From Nitrospirota bacterium (GTDB taxonomy: Bacteria > Nitrospirota > Nitrospiria > 2-01-FULL-66-17): a DNA stretch of 64,000 nucleotides. The notes under the pieces are model-generated. The model was not told where the DNA came from and made no database searches. It worked only from the letters and a program-made list of their open reading frames with translations. A program made the position numbers and the translations under genes. Positions 10,601-18,544 of this stretch are shown piece after piece (position 1 is the first letter of the stretch; every line of letters starts with the position of its first letter). The stretch is taken from contig JBMOMC010000044.1 of assembly GCA_049325335.1 (NCBI GenBank), forward strand, positions 1 through 64,000. The letters run 5' to 3'.

Positions 10601-12589
10601 CCGTTTTCCGGGCATGGGTGATTTGTATTTGGGGTGGGCGAACTTCCCGGTCTCCTCCGGCTCACCCATCGCCTTATTGCCGTCCCAGGTCCAATCCCAG
10701 ACCGTGGCATCATAGGCCATGATCTGGCCCTTCTCGTCCGCGGTGTGGCCCGGCTGGCCGGCCGGCGGCAACAGCATCTTGACCCAGTCCTTGATCGAAA
10801 CATCCGGGATGGGCTTGGAGAAGTCGGTCTTGTCCGCGGTGATGTTCCATTTCTTGTCGTACCAGTCCATCGTCTTGCCGACCAACTGATCCGACGTCAC
10901 GGCCGGTTTCATCCGTCCCTTCCGGTCCGGCAGTTCCTGCAACGGCGGCATCGGGTCGGTGCTGCCGAATGGATAGTTTCCGGTCTGCAGCGTGTTGTAC
11001 CCGCGACCGTAGGACCACATCCCGGCCACATAATGGTGCGCCACGTGGCAGTGGAACAGGTACTCGGACGCCACCTGCTGACAGAGCCCCCAGCCGCACT
11101 CGGTCTGCAGATCGAGCACTTCCGACGGACCTATCACCTCCACGTCCACCCGGTCCGAGGTGGTCCGGATTTCCGGATACTTCACCGGTCCGTTGTCGGC
11201 CGCGGTCAATAGAAATTGACCTTTGCCGTCGGCCTTAGGCTGGCGCAGCCAGCGGATCGAGCCGCCGTGGGGATGGTGCGAGTGGAATACCTCGCCCCCG
11301 CCATGAATGAGGCGCCACTTGTTCGGATCGCCCATATAGCCCCTTGGAATCGGGGTCGGCACGTCACCGAAGGTGTACGAGCTGTAGGACATGGACTCGT
11401 CTTCGAAGTGGAAATACTTCTCTTGGAGCGCCAGATTGTTGATGCCGAACGGCTCGCTTCGATAGTTCAGCGCCCGAGCTGACGGCCGGTACGCATCCGT
11501 GTTCGGGTCACGCTGCGGGACCGTGTCTCCCTGGCGGTTCAACGGCCGGAACGATTCATCGCCGATCTCGTGGTAGAAGATCACGTACTCCCGAAAATCC
11601 GGGGCCTTCGGGTCGTCGATCATCATCTGCCACCCGTTCTTGGCCTCTTTGCCGGTGATCGGGTCCAGGTAGCGGGACCCCAGGGGCTCGACGATGAACG
11701 CGCCGATCATGCCCAAACTCGCCTGCTCGCGCCCCACATGGCTATGGAGCATGTGCGAGCCTTCCTGCTCAGTGGGCCGGATGTACCACTCAAACGTCTG
11801 GCTCTTCCCGGGCTTGACCGTGGAATCGGGATTCGCCGCGGTGGCCGCGGCGCCACTGGTCTTGATGATCATGCTGGAACCGTGGATATGCATCCCGACG
11901 TCTTCGCCGTCGAGTTGGTTCCGCAACGTGATCACCACGCAATCGCCCTGGCTCCCCCGGAGAACGATCGGTTGAATCGCGTCGGTCTGCATGCCGGTTG
12001 TCACGGCACCGGGGTTGTATCCCTCCGACGTACGCGCCGCCCGGTTGACCCGCTCTTCCTCCCGAACCTTCGGAAGATCCTCAGTGAGCACGTACATATA
12101 GCCCGGGTGATAGTCGAGCCATTGATTCAACGTAATTTCGACGTTGATCGCCGACACGTCGTAGGACTTGGTCGGCACGTTCGCGGGACAGCGACCGCCT
12201 TGCGTCACGCTTTCGGCCGTTGACGCCACGCCCAGAAAATAGCTCTTGTCCATCTGTTGGGCCATGGCCGCGTCGCTGTACGGCCCCTGCGCCGCGGTAT
12301 GGGCGCCGTGTCCGTTGGTGCCTCGCGCGATCTCTTCCATCAGCTTGTTCATCGCGGCCTGCACTCGTTCCCGGTGGCCGGCCCGGCCCTCGGCCGCGTC
12401 CTCGCGTTCCAACTGTTCTTTGAACTTCTGTTCCCACGAGATCGGCGTGACGGATTGCGGCTCCGCTACGACGGAAGACGTTGCGTGGCCTGCATGCTCA
12501 GACTCGTCGGCCGCCCATGCCGCCGGCCCGCCCACCAACACCGCGGCAGCTAGCGCCACCCCTCCTACTCCACTCCACGTCCTCTTCAT
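7691..12589 (-). CDS. Large secreted multicopper oxidase (MnxG-like six-domain type), 1632 aa
   Basis: Signal peptide from MKRTWSG with GGAGG RBS; MHIHG, HMLHSH, HSHHPHG, HCHVAHHYVAGM, IHPHF, FWHDH motifs. Confidence 0.88.
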   Translation of the reverse strand: MKRTWSGVGGVALAAAVLVGGPAAWAADESEHAGHATSSVVAEPQSVTPISWEQKFKEQLEREDAAEGRAGHRERVQAAMNKLMEEIARGTNGHGAHTAAQGPYSDAAMAQQMDKSYFLGVASTAESVTQGGRCPANVPTKSYDVSAINVEITLNQWLDYHPGYMYVLTEDLPKVREEERVNRAARTSEGYNPGAVTTGMQTDAIQPIVLRGSQGDCVVITLRNQLDGEDVGMHIHGSSMIIKTSGAAATAANPDSTVKPGKSQTFEWYIRPTEQEGSHMLHSHVGREQASLGMIGAFIVEPLGSRYLDPITGKEAKNGWQMMIDDPKAPDFREYVIFYHEIGDESFRPLNRQGDTVPQRDPNTDAYRPSARALNYRSEPFGINNLALQEKYFHFEDESMSYSSYTFGDVPTPIPRGYMGDPNKWRLIHGGGEVFHSHHPHGGSIRWLRQPKADGKGQFLLTAADNGPVKYPEIRTTSDRVDVEVIGPSEVLDLQTECGWGLCQQVASEYLFHCHVAHHYVAGMWSYGRGYNTLQTGNYPFGSTDPMPPLQELPDRKGRMKPAVTSDQLVGKTMDWYDKKWNITADKTDFSKPIPDVSIKDWVKMLLPPAGQPGHTADEKGQIMAYDATVWDWTWDGNKAMGEPEETGKFAHPKYKSPMPGKRPPILFDAKTGKLANPFFKPHYGKRVPFARHHGPAPWLEPIHMDKNTGSLATEPGGLGVAGGETNQPARPGEQGKWSLCPEKAGRKQYTIHFIETPITMNQAIGKEKAVVDQHGTIYVLHEEEAAVRANSELARPLVYRSNVYDCVDVILKSEWEDNDTTNFQMSKINIHPHFMQFDNNASDGVITSFAYEMSVRPFTQFKKAKPRGLPVPMNSHVAEDVKAGATSIKITMAEGATKYHAGTDIMIGMDEVNTSEVRWIKDIQGDTLIFGEPLKHAHKKGEIASVEFVRYRYWVDVDLGTVFWHDHALGGTTWPHGAVGGNIVEPYGSTYHDPKTGKEIRSGPIADIHTTEPVGYGVNGSFREMVQYLHDTVPYTAQVVTAGNPPGQTVQAAIDAGQALFFQMPYDLDLVSVPMINGGTHTTGGGFFFKAESIAKRLKFNPEPSLVFSSKVFGKDPGTPLLRAYVGDPVVFRLLHVMMNESHTWHLAGHAFRTERYAEHSDFRNAYHVGIAERYDLVTKAGGPQQMAGDYLHFDGRPSHLSEGSWGIFRVLDKEAPDLKKLPGRDEIPASAKSVCPADAPVKTFNVIAAERALKYNPNAPDVIDVDFDRTLQVANPKGKIYMLEGEKSKVAEGGAHPMPLTLHVNVGDCIKVNLKNEMKTSRASFSADMLAFDPNDSQGVNVGNNPGDQTVAPGQSRTYTFYAPSQYGETAALVWDWGGFVNNVRDGLFGAIIVGPKGSKYRDSKTGEDVSLKNAWQVDVVVDRTIPENASKSDYRDASLFFQDEDNIIGTAFMPYIQQIGGLTGVNYRIEPWLYREEKGCDMGNMYTPCVAGESDPVTPTIMSHAGDPVKIHVFGAFNEQNQVFSLEGHEWPLKANMEGADMLSSEEFGSSENLNVFLKAAGGPFHLPGDYLWQNHRMPYAQAGQWGYLRVMPAGDRRILPLNSGGPGGRTAELPREDGLAVSMLQPEK

Positions 12590-12993
12590 GCCTCCCCCCC
12601 TTTCTGGTAGTCGAGCGAATCCTCGCCGACCTGACATACCGCCGCGATGAGGTCCTCCGGTGTCGCGTCGGTGATCCGTCTCGTGTCGTACACGGTCAGA
12701 TGGTTGTGCTCCAAGGTGCAGCGAACGACCCGGGCCGGATAGCCGTCCATCAAGCGCAGACGTTGCATCGCGTGCTGATCCGGCGCGTCGGCGCGCGCCA
12801 GACAAAACACGATCACGTCCGGTCGGAACCTCGGCGCGACCTCGATCGCCGCCTCCACGGTCCGGACCGACTCCACTTCCACGCGATCGCCGCACGCCCG
12901 GCCCAATAGCCCTTCCATCACCGACCCGAACAGCGACGCGCCGCCCACCACCAACACCTTCCGTTTCGCAAGCGCCACTGGCTCTCTCTCCAT
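12586..12993 (-). CDS. Receiver-like (pseudo-receiver) hypothetical protein
   Basis: KVLVVG...EAAIEVAPRFRPDVIVFCL resembles a REC fold with Cys at the phospho-Asp position; ATGA overlap with the MCO start. Confidence 0.6.
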   Translation of the reverse strand: MEREPVALAKRKVLVVGGASLFGSVMEGLLGRACGDRVEVESVRTVEAAIEVAPRFRPDVIVFCLARADAPDQHAMQRLRLMDGYPARVVRCTLEHNHLTVYDTRRITDATPEDLIAAVCQVGEDSLDYQKGGEA

Positions 12994-13165
12994 ACGCCCG
13001 TGTTTTTACACGACTGGACGGAGCCGGTCGATTCTCCCGACGGGTTATTTTGATGGGCATAGTGGTTAGCGCACACGGCCCTGCGATCGACCTCGGATCA
13101 CGGCCGAATGCAGCATCGATCTATCCGAAAGGAGTAGAAGCGGGCCGCCTACGGCGGCAAGAGCG

Positions 13166-15865
13166 CTACGGTTTTCGCGCGCGGCGTGGCCACGAATGGC
13201 TCCGCACGATCCATTTGCGCCCTTCCTCCAGGGCAAACATGCCGAGGGCGAAGGGAATGAGGAAGAGCCACGAACCGAGCGGGATGGGCGCGGTGCCGAA
13301 CAGCAGGTTGCCCCACGGGGTGTAGTCGATGAACAGGATCAACGCGATCTCCGTGGCGATGCCCACCAGGATCAACGGATTGGTGCGCAGACCGAACGAC
13401 AACGCGGACGCGCGGTCGTGGCGGCAGGCGAACACGTTGACCACCTGCATCACGATAATCGCGGACAAACATGCGGTGGTGGCTTGACGATACAACGGGT
13501 CGATCGCGGAGAGTCGATCTCCATACGCCCAGCCACCCGCCGTGAGCACGAAGAAAAACGCACTCATGGCCGCCACCGCTTCCAGTCCGCCCAGAAACAC
13601 GTACGCGCGCAGCAACGACGCCCGATCGAGCAGACGCGCACTGCGGTGACGCGGCGGGCGCCGCATCACCGCGTGATCGGGCGACTCGGCGCCGAGCGCC
13701 AGCGCGGGCACCATGTCCGTACCAAGATCCACAGCCAGGATCTGGATAATGGTCAGCGGCAACGGGATCTTGAACAATGCGAACGCCAGATACGGGACGA
13801 GTTCCGGAATATTCGAAGTCAGAATGTAGGTGAGAAACTTGCGGATGTTGTCGAACACGGCCCGGCCCTCCTCCACCGCGGCCACGATGCTGGCGAAATT
13901 ATCGTCCAACAACACCATATCCGCGGCCTCGCGCGCCACGTCGGTACCGGCGAGCCCCATGGCGATGCCGATGTCCGCTTGTTTCAGCGCGGGCGCGTCA
14001 TTGACCCCGTCGCCCGTGACCGCCACGATCTCCTTACGCGCCTGGAACGCGGCCACGATGCGCAACTTCTGATCCGCGGTGACTCGGGCGAAGACGACCT
14101 CCGGATCGACCAGGGCGAGTTGAAGCTGCGTGTCCGATAGGCGGCGGATTTCGTCTCCCGTCACCACCGTGGGCGATGCCGATCGAACCAGGTCGATTTC
14201 TCGCGCGATCGCGAGCGCGGTGTGTGGATGATCCCCGGTGATCATCACGACCCTGATGCCCGCCGCGCGGCAGGTCCGGATCGCGTCCGGCACCTCCGGG
14301 CGCGGGGGGTCCTCCAGTCCGACCAACCCGGCAAGAATCAAGCGTTGCTCAAGGTCCGCTCGGTCGTCGCTGTCCGGTACCGGTCGATCGGCGAACGCGA
14401 GGACGCGCAGTCCGCGATTGGCCATCGTTTCCACCGCGCGAACGACCCGCGCGCGCCGCTCGTCCGTGAACGGCAGCACCGCGGTGCCCTCGCGGACGCG
14501 ATCGCACAACGGGAGCACGGTTTCCGGCGCGCCCTTGGTGTAGAGCACCGAGCCTTCCGTGGTCCGGCGCAACACGGAGCAACGTTTTCGATCCGCGTCG
14601 AACGGCACTTCATCGACTTTCTGCGCATGGTTCACGTCCAGTCCGGCCCGCCGCGCCGTCTCCACCAACGCGATCTCCATGGGGTCTCCGACCAACGCCG
14701 CGTGACCGTGGCGATCCACGGTCGTGAGGTCGTGGCATGACCGCGCGATCTCCAGCACGTGCCGCGCCGGGGGGGACGCCCGAGCGCGTGCCACCAGGCC
14801 GTCCGCGTCCAACGAGTCGCCGGAAACGAACGCCTGCTTCACCGCCATGCGGTTCTGCGTGAGCGTGCCGGTCTTGTCCGTGCAGATCACGGTGGCGCAG
14901 CCAAGCGCCTCGACCGAAGCCAGCCGCCGCACCAACGCGTGGCGCCGCGCCATGCGTTGCGAGGCCATGGCGAGCGACAACGTGACCGTGGGCAGCAATC
15001 CCTCGGGCACGTTCGCCACGATGATCCCGATCGCAAAAATGAAGTTGACCCAAAACGGCAATCCGATCGCCCATCCAATCACAAAAAACGCCGCACCCAA
15101 CGTCACGGCCAGGATCGCAACGACCCGGCTCAGCCGCACAATCTCGCGCTGAAGGGGTGACAGCGCCTCCCCCGACGTTTGCGTGAGGTGCGCGATCGTT
15201 CCGAACGCGGTCCTCATCCCGGTGGCGAACACCACCGCGCGCGCCGAACCGGACACCACGGACGTGCCCGCGAGCAGGACGTTGTTCGCGCACAGCGGGT
15301 CATCCTCCGAACTGGGACGCGCGTCGCGCGCCTTGGGCAGCGATTCTCCGGTCACCGTGGCATTGTTGACACGCGCGCCGACCGCCTCGACCACGCGGCA
15401 GTCCGCGGGCACGTCGTCGCCCTCGCCGAGCAGGATCACGTCGCCAGGCACCAGCGCCGCCGTGGTGATCTCGGTCACGACCCGATCGCGCAACGCGCGC
15501 ACCCGGTGTGGCAACAGATTCCGAAGCGCGAGGACCGCTCGCTCGGCGCGGTACTCCTGCCAGAAGGAAAACACGCCGTTGACCACAATCACACCGATAA
15601 TGGCCCACCCCAACGCGGCCATACCTTGGCCCGGCTCGCGCCACTCCGCGACGAAGGCAAGGGACGCGGCGAACCAGAGAATGAGGGCGAAGAAGTGGAT
15701 GAGTCCCTTGGCAAAGCGGATGACCACCGGGCGCTGGGCCACGCGCGCCACCTCGTTGGCGCCGAATTCGGCGAGCCGTCGGGCAGCCTCCGTCGTGGTG
15801 AGTCCTTCGGGACTGCTGTGGAGACTCGCGAACGCCTCTTCAGTTGTGAGGCGGTGGATTTTCAC
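13166..15865 (-). CDS. Cation-transporting P-type ATPase, type IIC (Na,K-ATPase-like)
   Basis: TGES, VANVPEGLLPTVT, DKTGTLTQN, TGDGVNDAPAL, YILTSNIPE, DLGTDMVPA. Confidence 0.9.
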   Translation of the reverse strand: MKIHRLTTEEAFASLHSSPEGLTTTEAARRLAEFGANEVARVAQRPVVIRFAKGLIHFFALILWFAASLAFVAEWREPGQGMAALGWAIIGVIVVNGVFSFWQEYRAERAVLALRNLLPHRVRALRDRVVTEITTAALVPGDVILLGEGDDVPADCRVVEAVGARVNNATVTGESLPKARDARPSSEDDPLCANNVLLAGTSVVSGSARAVVFATGMRTAFGTIAHLTQTSGEALSPLQREIVRLSRVVAILAVTLGAAFFVIGWAIGLPFWVNFIFAIGIIVANVPEGLLPTVTLSLAMASQRMARRHALVRRLASVEALGCATVICTDKTGTLTQNRMAVKQAFVSGDSLDADGLVARARASPPARHVLEIARSCHDLTTVDRHGHAALVGDPMEIALVETARRAGLDVNHAQKVDEVPFDADRKRCSVLRRTTEGSVLYTKGAPETVLPLCDRVREGTAVLPFTDERRARVVRAVETMANRGLRVLAFADRPVPDSDDRADLEQRLILAGLVGLEDPPRPEVPDAIRTCRAAGIRVVMITGDHPHTALAIAREIDLVRSASPTVVTGDEIRRLSDTQLQLALVDPEVVFARVTADQKLRIVAAFQARKEIVAVTGDGVNDAPALKQADIGIAMGLAGTDVAREAADMVLLDDNFASIVAAVEEGRAVFDNIRKFLTYILTSNIPELVPYLAFALFKIPLPLTIIQILAVDLGTDMVPALALGAESPDHAVMRRPPRHRSARLLDRASLLRAYVFLGGLEAVAAMSAFFFVLTAGGWAYGDRLSAIDPLYRQATTACLSAIIVMQVVNVFACRHDRASALSFGLRTNPLILVGIATEIALILFIDYTPWGNLLFGTAPIPLGSWLFLIPFALGMFALEEGRKWIVRSHSWPRRARKP

Positions 15866-15890
15866 CAGATGCCGTCGGCGGAATACGAGG

Positions 15891-17621
15891 TCACGCGCGG
15901 CCCGTATCGACCTCCGCGTCCGGATGGACCGGGGGAGACCCGTCGTCGTGATCGGCCGCGGAGCGGTCGGGGTTCACGCCGGGGTCGGTCAGCAGGTCTA
16001 CGGCCTGATCCGCCGCGTCCGCGTACGGTACCAGCACTAGGTCCGCGCCGCTCTGATCCAGGATGTCCCGGTCGATCGCCGAGTGCGCGGTGAGCGCCAC
16101 TTTGCCGGGATACCGATGGTGGCGCAGCGCGTGGAGCAACGCGAGGTTGACCTCTCGGACCGGCGTGGTGCTGATCACCCATCGCGCCCGAGCGAGCGGT
16201 AGGCCGGCCGGAAACTCCGGATCTTCGGCGTCGCCGTAGTGGGTAGGAACGCCGACACTCCGGCAGCGTGCCACGGCCTCCGGATCAAAATCAACGCCCA
16301 ACACCATCACGCCGCGCCGGTGAAGCCCCGCCACGATCCGGCTCCCGTATCGACCGAGGCCGAACACGATGACATCGGCCCGCGGAGTTCCATCCGGGGA
16401 GTCCAGATCCGTTTCCCGGTGGGCCATCCGTCGTTCAAAGACGCCGAGCCATGGCGCGAATCGTTCGTACAGCAGGTGGGAATAGAGGATCATGTAGCTC
16501 GACAACGCGATGGTGACCAGCCCCACCATGGTGATCAGTCCGAGCGTTTCGGAACCGATATGGCCCAAGTCCCGTCCCAACGCGCCCAGGATGAACGAGA
16601 ACTCGCTGATCTGGGCGACGGTCAACCCCGTCAACAGGCCGGTGCGTTTGCGGTATCCCATCACCCCCATGATGATCATCACGATGAGCGGATTCCCGAT
16701 CAACACGAACACCGACAACACGACCGCCGGACCGATCTGCGAATCGAGCAAACGCACGTCCTGCTGGGCGCCGAGGCTCACGAAGAAAAACAGCAGCAGA
16801 AAATCCCGCAAACTGACCAGACGCGATCCGATCGCCTCGCGGTATCGCGTCGAACCCAACGACACGCCCGCCACGAACGCGCCCACCTCCTCGCCGAATC
16901 CCAGCCCCTCGGCCAACGCGGCGAGCGACACGCCCCAGGCGATCGCAAACAGCATCAGGAGTTCGGTCGACGCGGCGAGCCGATCGAGCAACCGCGGCAG
17001 GACGTATCGCATGAGCAGCGCGACGCCCCCGAGGAACGCGACGCCCCCGACCACCACGCCCGGCATCCCATACCCGAAGAGGTCGTCGCGGCCGGCCGCG
17101 CCGAAACCCGCGAGCACGATCATGGTCAGCACCACCACCAGGTCCTGTACGATGAGGATGCCCAACGCGATCCGCCCGTGCAGCGCGTCGATCTCGCGTT
17201 TGTCGGACAGGAGCTTTACGATGATCACGGTGCTGGAGAACGTGAGGGCGATCGCCACGTACACGGCCGGGATCGGCGCCAGCCCCAGGGCCCGCGCGAT
17301 CGGATAGCCGGCGAGCGACGTGAACACGACCTGTCCCGACCCGACCGCCAAGGCCACGCGACCCATGCGGCGAATCACGTGCACATCGAGCTTGAGCCCG
17401 ACCACGAACAAGAGCAATGTGATCCCGATTTTTGCGAGCAGGTCCACCTGGTCCGCCGACCGCACCCAGTGCAAGCCAGCGGGGCCGACCAGGATGCCGA
17501 CCGCGACGAACGCCACGACAAGCGGCTGCCGCAGCCACCGCGCGAGGTAGCCGCAGACCGCCGCCACCATGAGCAGAGCGGCGACCTCGGCAAAGACGTT
17601 ATCGAAGACGGGCGCGTTCAA
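15891..17621 (-). CDS. CPA2/Kef-type cation:proton antiporter with C-terminal TrkA-N (RCK) domain
   Basis: LLLFVVGLKLD, TFSSTVIIVKLL, AQISEFSFIL, VIVFGLGRYG, YGDAEDPE; TTG start is approximate. Confidence 0.88.
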   Translation of the reverse strand: MNAPVFDNVFAEVAALLMVAAVCGYLARWLRQPLVVAFVAVGILVGPAGLHWVRSADQVDLLAKIGITLLLFVVGLKLDVHVIRRMGRVALAVGSGQVVFTSLAGYPIARALGLAPIPAVYVAIALTFSSTVIIVKLLSDKREIDALHGRIALGILIVQDLVVVLTMIVLAGFGAAGRDDLFGYGMPGVVVGGVAFLGGVALLMRYVLPRLLDRLAASTELLMLFAIAWGVSLAALAEGLGFGEEVGAFVAGVSLGSTRYREAIGSRLVSLRDFLLLFFFVSLGAQQDVRLLDSQIGPAVVLSVFVLIGNPLIVMIIMGVMGYRKRTGLLTGLTVAQISEFSFILGALGRDLGHIGSETLGLITMVGLVTIALSSYMILYSHLLYERFAPWLGVFERRMAHRETDLDSPDGTPRADVIVFGLGRYGSRIVAGLHRRGVMVLGVDFDPEAVARCRSVGVPTHYGDAEDPEFPAGLPLARARWVISTTPVREVNLALLHALRHHRYPGKVALTAHSAIDRDILDQSGADLVLVPYADAADQAVDLLTDPGVNPDRSAADHDDGSPPVHPDAEVDTGRA

Positions 17622-17845
17622 CAAGTCCGCGGCAATTGTTCGCCGCTCAACATATCCAGGACCCGTCGGGTGTTGATCGGGCTTTGCACCACGACTGCCG
17701 GATGACCCGCGGCGCCCTGCACCCGGCCGATCACCGCGGATCCCGCGCCGTGTGCGCAGGTTTTGAGAATGTGTACCGCGCGATCCGCGTCCCGCTCCGG
17801 CACGAACGCCATGAATCGGCCTTCGTTGGCCACAAACAACGGGCC
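17618..17845 (-). pseudogene. hypE: C-terminal remnant of hydrogenase maturation protein HypE
   Basis: PLFVANEGRFMAFVP...AVIGRV...RRVLDMLSGEQLPRTC-stop matches the HypE C-terminus; the rest of the gene is missing. Confidence 0.8.
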
Positions 17846-17860
17846 GCCGCGTCACCCGAC

Positions 17861-18544
17861 CTACGGCGCGGCCGCCACCAGTCCGTGTCGTTGCGCGTAA
17901 ATCGCGGCCTGGGTGCGATTGCTCATATGCAATTTCCTGAGAATACTCTTTAAGTGAATCTTGACGGTATGTTCGGAAATCGAGAGAATATTGGCGATTT
18001 CCTTGTTCGTGGCGCCGTTGGCCAACTGGCGGAGAATCTCCTCCTCTCGGGTCGTGAGGGACTGCGCGGCCCCCGGCATCTGCGCCACCCGGCCGCTGGC
18101 TAGGGACGCGAATTCCTGAAGAAATCTCGACGCCATCTGATGGGGGATGACGGCTTCGCCTTTCATCACGCGTTCGATCGCCGCCACCAACTCGTCGGGA
18201 TCCACGTTTTTAAGCACGTACCCCGTTGCGCCGGCTTTGACCGCGGCAAAGAGGTTTTCGTCCGTGTCGGACACCGTGAGGATCAACACCCGTACGTCGG
18301 GCAACCGCTCGTGAATCGCTCGCGTCGCCTCGATCCCGTCGCAGGCCGGCATATTCACGTCCATCAAAATGACGTCGGGATGGAGTTTGACGGCCTGTTC
18401 GATGCCGGCTCGGCCGTCGCTGGCCTCGCCCAGGACCTTAATGCCCCGATCCCGCAGGAGATCCACCAGGCCCTTACGCAGCAGCGTGTGGTCATCAACA
18501 ACGAGGGCGGTAATGGGACGGTCGGCATCCACGGTTTCGCTCAT
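17861..18544 (-). CDS. NarL/LuxR-family response regulator
   Basis: VVDDHTLLRKGL, PDVILMDVNMP, LTTREEEIL...NKEIA...TVKIHLKSILRKL. Confidence 0.92.
   Translation of the reverse strand: MSETVDADRPITALVVDDHTLLRKGLVDLLRDRGIKVLGEASDGRAGIEQAVKLHPDVILMDVNMPACDGIEATRAIHERLPDVRVLILTVSDTDENLFAAVKAGATGYVLKNVDPDELVAAIERVMKGEAVIPHQMASRFLQEFASLASGRVAQMPGAAQSLTTREEEILRQLANGATNKEIANILSISEHTVKIHLKSILRKLHMSNRTQAAIYAQRHGLVAAAP

Noticed and set aside
12590..13060. N-terminal 157-aa extension of the MCO given in the ORF track
   Set aside because: Overlaps a separate plausible gene in another frame; the signal peptide and RBS point to the start at 12589
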